Shown here piece after piece: positions 24,591 to 36,994 of a stretch of 62,000 bases of DNA. The notes under the pieces were generated by a model. It searched no databases. It was not told where the DNA came from and was given only the letters and a program-made list of their open reading frames with translations. Source of the DNA: Chiloscyllium plagiosum (taxonomy: Eukaryota); assembly GCF_004010195.1 (NCBI RefSeq), contig NC_057758.1:4766043-4828042 (forward strand), read 5' to 3'. The stretch's first letter is position 1. The number at the start of each line of letters is the position of its first letter. The position numbers and the translations under genes are program-made.

Positions 24591-25429
24591 CTGTGAAGGG
24601 GTTAAATGGATCAGGAATTGATAGATGATCCTGTGAAACAATGACAGCGTATGCGGCTACTTATTAATAAATGCGAAAGCATCACATTAACTAATGACAT
24701 TTTGGAGTGATTTTACCTGCTGTTGACAGGATGGACATGCAGTAAGACCAGTTAAACCGGACCTGTTTAGCGTAATAAAGATGCACAGATGAAAATAAAC
24801 TATTCACTGGATATCCATCAAGTGTCACACTAATTGAACACTGTCTGTTTAATTAGAACAGCCAAGTTAAATTTTCTCAAAGAATGAATAAAGTCATTAA
24901 AAAAAAACGCCTAATGGAATGCTAAATTTATACACAGAATATTCTAGTACAGGGACATAAATGTCATAATATAGTTATACAAATACCTTGTACAACCCCA
25001 GTTGAAGGACTGTGAGGAGATCTCGGCACCGCATTTTGAAAGGACACATTGACCTTGGAGGACATACAACTTTGGTTTATGTAAATGATAGGTGGATTTT
25101 AGGGCTTACGTTATAAGAATACATAATGTAAATGAAGTTTGTTTTCTTTAGAATTTTCAAGAATAAGGTGTGATCTGATTGAAATCATCACGATATGAAC
25201 AGAAGCAGACAGGGTATTCGAAGGTAAATTATTTCCAGTACATGTGGATCTAGACGAGGGGGCATAATCTGAGAATTAGGACCATACCAGGGATGATATG
25301 CAATTCTGAATGATGGAAGATTAACTGAGGGGATACCTTGTGGTTGTGATCTCTCCAACCTCTGCCGACTGTAATTGCAGGAACGATGTTGCCAAAGGAG
25401 AGGTAGTCACGGTCTGAGGATGTGCAGGA

Positions 25430-25590
25430 GCCGGTGTTAGACTGAGGTGGGCAAAGTTAAAAATCAGACAACACAAATTTGCTGTCCAAACACTTTATTT
25501 GGAAACATTAGCATTTGCAGCATCGCTCCTTCTTCAGGTGGTTGGATAGGCGCTTTTGGACTATAACCTGGTGTTGTGTGATTTTAAAAA
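25430..25590. mobile_element. Degraded copy of the palindromic mini-element seen at 31128-31330
   Basis: CAAAGTTAAAAATCAGACAACAC...TTGGACTATAACCTGGTGTTGTGTGATTTT. Confidence 0.7.
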
Positions 25591-27030
25591 CAGCCCAAGA
25601 ATACCGTGTAGGTCTGAGATATGAAGAAAGCTCTTCACCAACAGAGCAGACAGTTTGTGGAATTCACTGCTTCAGAAGTTGGTTGGGGCCAAAACGTTGA
25701 ATATAGTTAAGTGTAGTTCATTGGGCCTAAAGGATCTGGCCTATGTGGGACTAGGAATAGGGACTGAGGTGGATGATCGGAGTGAATGATGGAGCAAGCT
25801 TGAGCAGACTAATGGTCTATCCTCTCTCATAGTTCCTATTTTTCTGTATTTACACATGCTGTTCACATTCTCATGGAACGAGTCTTGCACTTGAAGTCTT
25901 CTGTGCAGTATGAATAATTATGGTGCACGGCCCTTGTAATGGCAGATATGAGTGCAAGTCTGTGATTTCTTGGGTAGGGATGAGCTTCTTCACTGTTGGT
26001 GGAGTTGTTCTCACACTGAAAATTTGCAACTACTTTAGGATGCGGGTAGTGAAGCAAAACACAAGATGCTACCATGAAATTCTGTCTTCAGGGATGTCCG
26101 AGCAGTGATTCAGTGAAACTGGAAGAACCAAAAGTCTGGAGTGTTGGAGTTGTGAATATCAGACTTCATACCAGCAGTAATTGATTACGGTCTCTCTAAA
26201 CCTCAATACTGTTCTTCACATGTTGTCTTCCAGGCAGTTCAGAGAACTTTCAATTGACAAGTGCCGAAGATTATTAGTTTTCCTTATAAGGAGAAATTAA
26301 AGGGTTTAGGCGTATGCAGTCTCTAGAGTTTAGAAGAATGTGAGAAGATAGCCTAACATCCGTACGATGGAAAGTGATTTTGATGAAGCAGATGTAGCAA
26401 TCAAAAAGCCTGGAGCACAATTTTAGGGTAAGGCACAGCAGATTTAAAACAGAAATGTTGACAAATTACTTTTGACAAAGGATTGTGAATATTTTGAATT
26501 CACTACCCAGAGAGGGGTGAATGTGGAAACATTGAGAAACGAGAGAGTAGATGTTTTAAAATTGGCAACTTTTTGAATATTTATGAACATGGATTTGATG
26601 CCGAGTTGAGAGCTGCCATGACAATATTGAATAACGTGGAAATCTCCAGGGACTCAATGGTCTAATCAAGCTAACTGTTCATTTCTCTTGATTTCTGATC
26701 GAAATATAATGCGGACAACGCAAAGCTGTTCTCCGGAAGGACATATTTCAGTAAAGGGGAAAAGTAGTCTAACAACAAGAACGCTGAAATAGGGCACCGA
26801 GTTGGCAAATCAGTCATGGCTGTTTTAAATCTTGAAGAAAGTTCAAAGGGCTGAATGGGCTATTAATGGAATGAGACATTGGATAAATTACCCTTTGGCC
26901 CATCGAGTCAGCACTGACTTAACAAACACTGAAACACTAAGCATAATTTCTTGCACTTGTCCCAAATCCTCGAATGTTATGATATTTAACTTGCTCGGTT
27001 TTTAACTACTTGTGTGCCATTTTATGATTA

Positions 27031-27340
27031 AGATTAGATTACTTACAGTGTGGAAACAGGCCCTTCGGCCCAACAAGTCCACACCGCCCCGCCGAAGCGC
27101 AACCCACCCATACCCCTACATTTACCCCTTACCTAACACTACGGGCAATTTAGCATGGCCAATTCACCTGACCTGCACATCTTTGGACTGTGGGAGGAAA
27201 CCGGAGCACCCGGAGGAAACCCACGCAGACACGGGGAGAACGTGCAAACTCCACACAGTCAGTCGCCTGAGTCGGGAATTGAACCCGGGTCTCTGGCGCT
27301 GTGAGGCAGCAGTGCTAACCACTGTGCCACCGTGCCGCCC
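27031..27340 (-). mobile_element. Full-length HE1-type SINE
   Basis: Reverse complement of the SINE at 10819. Confidence 0.95.
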
Positions 27341-27927
27341 ACCAACTTAACTTCTCAGACAAGTGGTGCAGCTGCTCTCTTTTCATCCTATGCAATCCCC
27401 TCATATTCTGATACAACTCAAAACATTTCTCCCCTCAATTTTTCTGTTCTAAAGAAAAGAATACAAGCCTATGTAGTCTCTCTTATCAGCTCAATTTCTC
27501 CAACCCAGGCGACATCTTGGTGATATTCCAGTACACCTAGTCGAGTGCAATCACAGTGAGATCAACAAACTGTACACAATACTTCAGTAAAGGCCTCGCC
27601 AACACTGAAATCTCCATCAATATTTTGCTGTTCCTTTATTGTATGCAAAAACTGATGAACGGCACTCCCATCTGCATTCTTAACAATACGGTTTATGCAT
27701 TCTGCTGACTTCAGTGATCTGTTATTAATTATCCGAAGATACATTTCTCCCGCTAAGCTACCAAGTGATTTGTTGTTCATTAAATACTCCTTCAGCTTGT
27801 TTCTTCTTCCAAGGAGGAACACCTCGCTCTTATCAAGGTGAAGTACCATCTGGCATTGGTCTGGGCATCTGAGCAAACTGTCCATGTCTTCCTATATGCT
27901 ACAGCCTTCCTCTTTGCTATTAACCAT

Positions 27928-28370
27928 GAACATAGAACATTGAACATAGCAGAGTACAGGCCCTTCGGCCCTCGATGTTGCGCCGATCCAAGCCCACCTA
28001 ACCTACACTAGCCCACTATCCTCCATATGCCTATCCAATGCCCGCTTAAATGCCCATAAAGAGGGAGAGTCCACCACTGCTACTGGCAGGGCATTCCATG
28101 AACTCACGACTCGCTGAGTAAAGAACCTACCCCTAACATCTGTCCTATACCTACCCCCCCTTAATTTAAAGCTATGCCCCCTCGTAATAGCTGACTCCAT
28201 ACGTGGAAAAGGGTTCTCATGGTCAACCCTATCTTAACCCCTAATCATCTTGTACACTTCTATCAAGTCACCCCTAAACCTTCTTTTCTCCAATGAAATC
28301 AACCCCAAGTGCCTCAGCCTTTCCTCATACGATCTTCCTACCATACCAGGCAACATCCTGGTAAACCTCC
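27928..28370 (-). mobile_element. Young 5'-truncated CR1-type LINE 3' end
   Basis: ORF 28003-28200 matches the 7054 copy; CCATG at both ends; sits within an older LINE. Confidence 0.9.
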
Positions 28371-29067
28371 ATGCTACCAGTCTTGGTGTCATCTGGAAAT
28401 ATAGGGACAACTATCCAATATTTTCAGCTAAATCATTTACCATGTAACAAACAATGAGTGCCGCCGTTATGATCCTTGTGGCACATCACACAACACTGGT
28501 CTCCAGACATTCCAAACTGTACCACTAAGCCAGTTTTCGGAAAAAGTGTAGCAGATTTAACGAGAGATGAGTTGAAATTATTCCTGTGAAATGGTTATGA
28601 ACCAGAGGAATTCACTGCCCTCGACTACAAGGCTGTCGAGACATTAAGTATGCGAACATGTTTGGAGGATTAGCATGAATACGGAGGGAGGCTGAGATGA
28701 GTTCAGCCATAATCAAACCAAAGTTGAAGCAGGTTCGAGGGGTTCATTAGCTCCTCTTTCTTATGTACTAATTAGTTTTTTTTATGATGGAACATTCAGC
28801 CCATCAAGTGAGTTACCAACAATTGAGGGAGGATCGGTTATTGAGCTGGAAAAGGACATCAGACATAATTCAGTCTTTTTTTTAGGTTTATGGAATGTAA
28901 ACCATTGCAGTCCCACACTGATCAACGCGGGGCCCCCAAGTAGCTGCAATCTGTATCAATGACTTTGATGAGCGGAAATAAAGCGTTCGATAAGTAAATG
29001 TGGTGATGACAGATAACTGAATCATCAGAAAGAAATGGAGAGACTGCAAATGGAACATATACAACTT

Positions 29068-29386
29068 GGGCGGCACGGTGGCACAGTGGTTAGCGCTGCT
29101 GCCTCACAGCGCCAGAGACCCGGGTTCAATTCCCGCCTCAGGCGACCGACTGTGTGGAGTTTGCACATTCTCCCCGTGTCTGCGTGGGTTTCCTCCGGGT
29201 GCTCCGGTTTCCTCCCACAGTCCAAAGATGTGCAGGGTCAGGTGAATTGGCCATGCTAAATTGTCCGTAGTGTTAGGTAAGGGGTAAATGTAGGGGTATG
29301 GGTTGGTTTGTGCTTTGGCAGGTCGGTGTGGACTTGTTGGCCCGAAGGGCCTGTTTCCACACTGTAAAGTAATCTAATCTAATCTA
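29068..29386 (+). mobile_element. Full-length HE1-type SINE
   Basis: A and B boxes, core, AATCT tail. Confidence 0.95.
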
Positions 29387-30169
29387 AATGAATATAGACA
29401 CGTTAATCAATGGCCAAAGACTTGACAGATGGTATACAAAACTGAAAACGGTTGCATTTTTCACACAACTTCAATTTTCAGGAAGAATGAAAGGCAGAGT
29501 ATGACATGAATGGAGAGAGATTGAAGGGCTCAGCAATATCGTGTGGGCTTCACTCTGACCCCTTCACGCACAGGAATGATGGATGGAATAGGTTTTGGTA
29601 TCAGGTCGGATAGGAGGCGTGTGTTATTGACTCATAATTGCTGCTGCAGGTTTGACGCTGGGAGTGTCAAAAGCAGGTTCTTGACATCATTAAAATTTCA
29701 TAGCTCAAGGTTCAAAAAAGGTGGGATGAGCCAATGAGGTATATTCTGGAGGTGTTCGTAGTTAAAATTAGGAATCGTCTCGGTGTGGTATCAGGAGTCA
29801 GCTCATGCCCAAAGGGATCACCACTATTCTGATTCGTCTGTTTCACCTTTAGATATTGGCCAGGAGTGGGATGGAGTCAGTAGAAGGATATGGAATTTGT
29901 AAACAGAAGTCAGTTACCTCCACGATCCCAATATTTAACTAACAAGGGCAGTGATGCAATGAATCGTGGATGACAGTGAAACGGAATGGGTCAACAGAGA
30001 CACACGTGAGGGACAGAAGCAAAGAAGGACAGGATGAATGAACACGTTCACTGATGCAAATAATTATATGTCGAGTGATTATATGGAATGGGAGACTCAG
30101 CAGGAACAGGAGCAACAGTTAATGCAGAGTAAATGAAAACAACTGTAATGCAGTAACGAAGAGTATACT

Positions 30170-30350
30170 TTTGGAAAACACAGCAGGTCAGGCAGCATCC
30201 GAGGAGCAGGAGAGTCGACGTTTTGGGTATAAGCCTTTCATCAGGAACGCATAATCGCTTCACTCGGGATTTTGCCAGAAACATCGACCCTCCTGCTCCT
30301 CAGAAGCTGCCTGACTGGCTGTGCTTTGCCAGCACCACACACTTTAACTG
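30170..30350. mobile_element. Degenerate inverted-repeat mini-element with hammerhead-like core (second family)
   Basis: Arm CACAGCAGGTCAGGCAGCATCCGAGGAGCAGGAG versus CTCCTGCTCCTCAGAAGCTGCCTGACTGGCTGTG; minus strand has CTGATGAAAGGCTTATACCCAAAACGTCGA. Related pieces at ~30610-30830, ~33100-33170 and ~54995-55090. Confidence 0.65.
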
Positions 30351-30433
30351 TCCAAAATGTGCAGTCCTCATTTTCTCCCTGTGATACAATGATAATTAAT
30401 TTATAGAAATGACTGGCCGTCGATTATACTTAG

Positions 30434-30592
30434 CAGACACACCAACGATAGTCAGGATAGGATAATAATAATATTGAATAAAGTGAAGTGCAACTCTGAT
30501 TTGTGAAGTTAATAACCATGGATCATAATATGTATATAGATAACAACCATGTCAGCATACACTCCTGTCATTGTTGGTAAATTCCGGTCTAT
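30434..30592 (-). pseudogene. GPR139-like GPCR pseudogene, exon 1 (N-terminus and first half of TM1)
   Basis: IDRNLPTM..., frameshift, then YDPWLLTSQIRVALHFIQYYYYPILTIVGVS plus G. The donor is mutated to CTAAGT. Phase 1 joins exon 2 (G|TA AAC = VN). Confidence 0.78.
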
Positions 30593-31127
30593 TGGTCTGA
30601 GATACTATTCCCATGCTGGAACATGACGCGGGTAAAGACACAGGAGGTAAGATAGCATCCATGGAGCAGAAGATTCGACACTTCAGGCAGCAACCTTCTT
30701 CGGGACCGAAGAAGTGTCCTGTCAGAAACTTAGACTCTTACTTCTTGGCTGCTGCCTGACCTGCTGCGCCTGTTCCGCGGCCACACGTTTTCGACTCTGA
30801 TTTCTCCAGACCCTGCAGTCCTCACTATCTCCTCAATGGTGGAATATTCCAACCAATGTTCTCAGATTCTGATCTCTCCTTCCCGCTATCTAGAGTTGCG
30901 TAGGCCTGTTAGTTCTTTATGTGATGCTTCTGCTCATCCTGTGCGACAACACGTTGAACAGAGCCCACTTATCATTAAACGATGGAAGCCCTCCTCTAGC
31001 ACAATAAGAAACCATGGAAGTTGATATTAATTGAAATCACAGAACAGCCAGATTCAGTTAAACCTCTGCTCACGTCATCTTTCACCTCACAATAAAAGGG
31101 AACATTTACTCTGAGTGACTGAAACGT

Positions 31128-31330
31128 GATTTGGAGATGCTGGTGTTGGACTGGGGTATACAAAGTTAAAAATCACACAACACCAGGTTATAGTCCAACA
31201 GGTTTAATTGGAAGCACACTAGCTTTCGGAGTGACACTATCACCTGATGAAGGAGCATCGCTCCGAAAGCGAGTGTGCTTCCAATTAAACCTGTTGGACT
31301 ATAACCTGGTGTTGTGTGATTTTTAACTTT
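31128..31330. mobile_element. Palindromic mini-element (71-bp inverted arms) with hammerhead-ribozyme core and 12-bp flanking direct repeat
   Basis: Arms 31161-31231 and 31261-31331 differ at one position; CTGATGA-A-GGAGC-ATC-GCTCC-GAAA at 31244-31268; TGACTGAAACGT at 31116-31127 and 31330-31341. Confidence 0.85.
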
Positions 31331-32540
31331 GACTGAAACGTATGCGAGTTGCTGCGGGATGGACCATAAATCTTTCAGTTCTTGAAATCGTTCATCATTG
31401 TATGTGGGAGTAGCACCAGAACATTACAAAGTTGTATATGTTCCATCCTGCTTATAGAAGGAGACAAGGATAACATAAGAGACCAGCTGCATAAAATGAC
31501 CAGTGGGGTAATTCCTAGAAATAAGAAATCAGGGTAACAATATTTTTGCCCAATATCTTTTGCCCACTGACTTCTTTTTGTAATGCTGCTCCTAGTTTTC
31601 AGTGTCCTGGCGTCTCCTGCTTTCATAACTTTGATACATAATTCAGAGCATTGGGAGCGCTACACGGGAATTGGGGCAAGCAATTCTTTCCCCATGTGTG
31701 TTTCACAGAAGGATAGGAGGAGGCCATTCGGCCTCTCGAAACCATTAGACAGGAACTGGAGGAGAATTTAGAAAAAATATAATGACATGGGAAGCAGTTC
31801 AGAAATGTTTCACTTGACTTACTTCGGGGAGGAAGTGCTTATACTATGGAAGTTCAACTGGTTACCCTTGGAATGACAGGTGATTTCCCTGAATCAGAAA
31901 AAGTCTTGAGGAGAGTGGATACGTGTTTGTATAGTCCAGACGTGTTGTCATTTGGATGTGCACCTTTGCTTGGGAAGTATATTTAATTTAATTGTGGCAG
32001 ACAAGAAACATTCTCTCTGATTTGCTCCCATCACTGAAACTGACCTAGCCTGAATCTTATAGCGTTGCCCATATAACCAACCTGGTTACATTTAAAATCT
32101 GTTGTTATCAGCGGAGGAGTTGGAATAGAAAAGTAAACTTTGACACTTCAAACTTCGCTTCGAAAAGTGATAAGCGGAAACTCACAAAGTGAGAATTCAT
32201 TGAAGCGCGAGTTCTCTTTCTAGGAAGTTTGTGGTATCTGGATCTTTATATTATATTGAGGCTGACTTAGTTTGATTACAAAAGCCAGGTATATTAGGGA
32301 TAATGGGGTATTGACAGAAAAGTGCAGCCCGGACCACAATGAGACAAGCCACGACCTCATTGACAGTTTCAATGAGACTAAGGGCCCACTCGTGGTCCTC
32401 AGTCTCATGTTCTGATGTCCCATTCAGCCCTTCGAACCTGCTACACAGGAGCAGATCGAGTCCACTTCCATGTTTAGGTGTAGATTGGGAAATATTCTTG
32501 AAAAGCTCAGTTTGGGTTAGGAAGCAGTACCCTCCCCCCC

Positions 32541-32807
32541 TTCAATTCCCGCCTCAGGCGACTGACTGTGTGGAGTTTGCACATTCTCCCCGTCTCTGCG
32601 TGGGTTTCCTCCGGGTGCTCCGGTTTCCTCCCACAGTCCAAAGATGTGCAGGTCAGGTGAATTGGCCATGCTAAATTGCCCGTAGTGTTAGGTAAGGGGT
32701 AAATGTAGGGGTATGGGTGGGTTGCGCTTCGGCGGGTCGGTGTGGACTTGTTGGGCTGAAGGGCCTGTTTCCACACTGTAATGTAATCTAAAAAAAATCT
32801 AATCTAA
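32541..32807 (+). mobile_element. 5'-truncated HE1-type SINE
   Basis: Starts within the B box (TTCAATTCCCGCC); core and tail intact. Confidence 0.9.
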
Positions 32808-33529
32808 TAAGAAATATGAACAGAAGGAGGCCATTCAGCCCCCAACCCTACCCAGACATTCAGTAAGATCATGGTTGATCTGCTCCAAGGTTCATACTAA
32901 CTTTCCTGTCAACCACTTTTACCCCTGAGCTCGGCAATGTGTCAAAACACTTTTGCTTCATTTGTAAATACTTTCAGTGATCTACCTTCCACAACTTTCC
33001 TGATTAGAGAATTCTAGACATTCATTTCCTTCTGAGAGAAGGAATTTCTTTACACCTCAGTTTCTAGTTGGCCATCCCTTACTCTGTGTCAAAAAGTGCG
33101 AATTTTGAAAAGCGCAGGAGCTCAGGCAGCATCCAAGGAACAGGAGAGTCGACGTGTCGAGTATAAGCTCTTATGCTCGGGACATACCAAATGATAGAAG
33201 AGACTGGGACCAAAGGGCATAGTCTTAGCAGAAAGAGAAGCTCTTTTAGAACAGAAATAAGACGAAACTTCTTCAGCCAAAGAGTGGTGAATCTATGGTC
33301 TCCATTCCCACAGCAGGCAGTAGAGGCCAAGTTATTAAGTATACATTAGACGGACATAGATAGATTCTTGATTGTAAAGAGAATCAATGTTTACAGGGAG
33401 AAAGTGGAAGCATGTCGTTGAGAAACTTTTCCGCGATGACTGAATGGTGGATCAGACTCGATGGGTTGAATGACCTAATTTCTGCTCCTATGAGTTATAC
33501 TTTTGTTGTCTTAAAATTATTGTCAGTAG

Positions 33530-34345
33530 TTTAAGGTACACATGGTTCTGACCCTAGCAGGTTCATCGACATTAGTCACTGAACCAGTGGTGCTAATGAT
33601 AGACTGAGGGATCGGATAAGTTGGGTAGATTGTAATGCACCAAGGTGAAAAATAATGAGATTTTACTGGATCTTGGCTTGCTCTTGATAGTAACATTGTA
33701 GCAGGCCAGGACTGAAATGTTGGTATGAGTGCAAGGAAATTTATTGAAATGGAAAGGAATGAGACGGTGAGGGCTATTAGTCCAGTCAGTGTAGAAGTGT
33801 TCCTCAAAGCAGTCTCTGTTTGTACTCACCAATGTAAAGGAGACTACGTTGTAAGCAGCAATGACTGTAGACTGGATTGAAAGAGTACAAGGGAAATGCT
33901 GTTTCACCTCTAACAATGAGGGCACAAGAGGTCAATGGGCAAACGTTGCAGCTTCTGCAGTTGCATGGGAAGGTGCCATAGCAGAAGGTAAAATGTTCGG
34001 GGTTATGGAAGGTCTCATGGAGGGTACGAACCCTGTTAAATACTGACAGTGGAGGGGAGGACAAGGTGTGTTTGGTGGTGCTGTCCTGCTGGAGCTGGTG
34101 GAAGTGGTGGAGGATGATGCTTTGAATGTGGATTCTAGTGCAGTGGAAAGGGCTCTCTATCTTTCTGCTGGAAAAGAAGGGAACGGTGAGGGCAGTAGCG
34201 TGGGAGAAGATTCACTCTCAGATGAAGTGCCTGTTCACAGCGTTAGGGGAATTACTCGTTTGCAGGAAAGGAGGACATGTCAGAGGCTTTCCACTGGAAT
34301 GTGGCACCATCAAACATAAAAGGCAGAGGCAGAGAAACTGGGAGA
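33530..34345 (-). mobile_element. Penelope-like remnant (GIY-YIG endonuclease region)
   Basis: GTFPCNCRSCNVCP...HCCLQRSLLYIGEYKQRL and FEEH on the minus strand; YIGE is the second half of GIY-YIG. Confidence 0.7.
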
Positions 34346-36994
34346 ATATTCACTCTCAGCTGATTATGTGTTCAACCACATGTGGAAGTTCTCCGAATGA
34401 CTGAGAAAAAGTCAGGAATCGAAATGCATGATTTATGTCTTGCATCTGGCCGAAAGTGGGATGTAAAAATAGACCCAGATGAAGTTCAACGGACGTTTCG
34501 AGGCAGACATTTATGCACATGTTTGTTCACACGCAGAAATGAATGATTATTGTGAAAAAGAAGTACTTAAGATGAAGATAATCCACCAACGATACAAACA
34601 TTTTGTCAAGGAGAGCATTCAATCACCAATTAAAGCATTGCAATTGGTGAGTACTGGCGTAGGCCAGGTTTGGGCTGTTTAGTTTACGGATTAGAAGCTG
34701 ATGAAATGCATGGATTTCATGTGTGTTTCCTGAATTAGCTCCAGAAACTCCTGTCATTGCTGCACTACCACCCTCCTTGCTAGTCTCCCCTTCCAATTGA
34801 CTCTGTCTAGCTCCTTTCTAGTAATGTTTACTCAATGCTAATGCCATTGCCTCTGATGACAGGTTCTTCCTATCAAATTTCAGGGTAAATTCTTTCATAT
34901 AATGGTCACTCCCCACTTCACCTTACGATGCATATTCAAATCTGTCTTCCTTCACTTCCATCAAGCTGAGGTACGCGATGACACTTTGTCAATGGGCGCA
35001 GTGTGGGCCAACATCTCCATTCATGCTGTTTTGGCCTCCCACACACATCTCATTCTGGAAAGTTTACTTCTTGTAGTAAACCTGACTGAAAACACTTGTC
35101 TCACTTGCACTGAATTCCCAATTAGATGCAGTATACTCAGTGTTTCTCGCGCTCTGCTAAAATGACGTGCAGACAGACCATGTTTGCGGATGAATTCACT
35201 TTCTTCTGTGGGTTTGGCCAAAGATACTTCGCTCACTGTTGAGATCGTCACTTCCTGTAGGCAACGGAATTCAGGTGACTGATTTCTTCTCAGCATGACT
35301 ATTAGTTTTTCGTGTTGGGTTAGTGCAGGAGTACGGTGTAAAAATAACGTTATAAAGTTTTAGACTGAGTGTTGTTTACCTGCTTCTTTTAATATTGTTT
35401 TAAATTTGCAGTGCTCGGTTTAAATATTTGTTCATATATTTGGTATCCGGTGGAGGGTAGGAGGTTGAGGCGTGACCTTGTTGGAGTTTATAAAACACTG
35501 AGGGACAACAATAAGGAGATTAACCAAAGTTTTCCCCAGGCTAGGGCATAGAGGGCATAGTTTCGTGTGAGAGGTGAAAGATGTTAAAGCGACAAAGGAA
35601 CCACCTTTTCACACAGAGGGTGTTGTGTGTATGGAATGAGCTGCCATAAGAAGTGGTAGATGCAGTTCCAATCACAACATTGAGAAACACATTGCACAAA
35701 TGTATGAATAGGCAAGGTTTAGGGGGACATCGGCCAAATACAAACAAATACAAGTAGTTTAGTTGAGCAAACCAGTTCCGCAGAGACAAGATGGACTGCA
35801 GGGTTTGTATCTGTGCTATATGACTGTATGAATGTATGACTATATCATACTATAAAGAGAGAAAGAAGAAAAGAATTAGAAGTAAATTGGCGAGAAATAT
35901 AAAAGCAACCAACACGAAAGAGCGATTCTGTGTCTGTAAAAGTGGTCAAGGTGAGTGTGTGGCCTTTGGACGAAGGCAAGTCAGGAAAGTATTTGTGGAA
36001 TACATGGACGGTACGATGAGGGAATGAGTTTCAAAGAAGAGGAAGAGAATTTACACTGGCATTTCACATCGTACCTGACATAAGAAGACACTTTAAAACA
36101 TTCAGTGACAAAATCGAGGTTGTAATATAAGGCATGTTTAAGAACTGTCTCTAACAAAAGAAATAAGGTTTTTGACAAACATATAATATGATGGGTACCC
36201 AGATCAGTAGCAATTGATACACTGTTTTAAAATAAATGGTTTGCACAGTGACTAGCGGCACTGTTTGTCATAATCCATAAATCCTTGCAGTGCAGGAATG
36301 TCCCAGTGAAACTGGAGCACTCTTGCCTTACTCAGTAATCTCCTGTCAAAGGCCTTATGGAAGTCCAATTCGATAACACCCATTGGTTCTATTCGGTCTA
36401 ATCTGCTCGCTACTTCACCAAAGAATTCGAGCAGATATGTCAGCCGTGATATACCACTCATCAAACCATGCTGACTCTGCCCTACTTCGCCAACATTTCC
36501 AAGTATTCATAAATCTGATCCTCCATGATGGATTCCAGGATATTACCCACGACCAAGGTTCGCCTGATTGGCCTGTAAGTTTCCATCTTCTGCCCTACTC
36601 CAATTTTAAATTGGGGGTCACATTAGTGACTTTCCAGCCTTCTGGTACAGTCCAGATTCTAATAATTCCTGAAAGATTACTACTAATGCATCTACTATCG
36701 CGTCGGCAAAAGGTATCATTCTTGTCTGTTTGTATGCTTAACTGCAGAGCTAACACCTAATAAGGAGTGCGAAATGATCCCAAAATCAATAGATCGGTGT
36801 TGTCACATTTTTAAGGTACAGGCAGGGCACTCTGGATTGACGTGCAAAGAAATATCTGCACTCAGAGATTGGTGAATCAGGAACATTCTCTTCTTCATTG
36901 GGCTTTGGAAGCCAAGTCCTTGAATATACATAAAGATTTCTAGACACTAAAGGGAAGGGGCGAGTTCAGGAGTATGAACAGAGAACAAAGGATA

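Noticed and set aside
24717..24830. Alternative GPCR exon 1 (QVRFNWSYCMSILSTA, then G|GTAAAA, 126-bp intron)
   Set aside because: The phase fits, but similarity to the YYP..GVP motif is far weaker than at 30434-30592, and the upstream frame has a stop.
34420..35300. hAT transposase remnant (AAMTG) or a GPCR TM7 remnant (TNMCINV)
   Set aside because: 34720-34920 reads better as a CR1 endonuclease end (GSDHYMKEFTLKF...ELDRVNWKGRL); the TM7-like match is too short to support.
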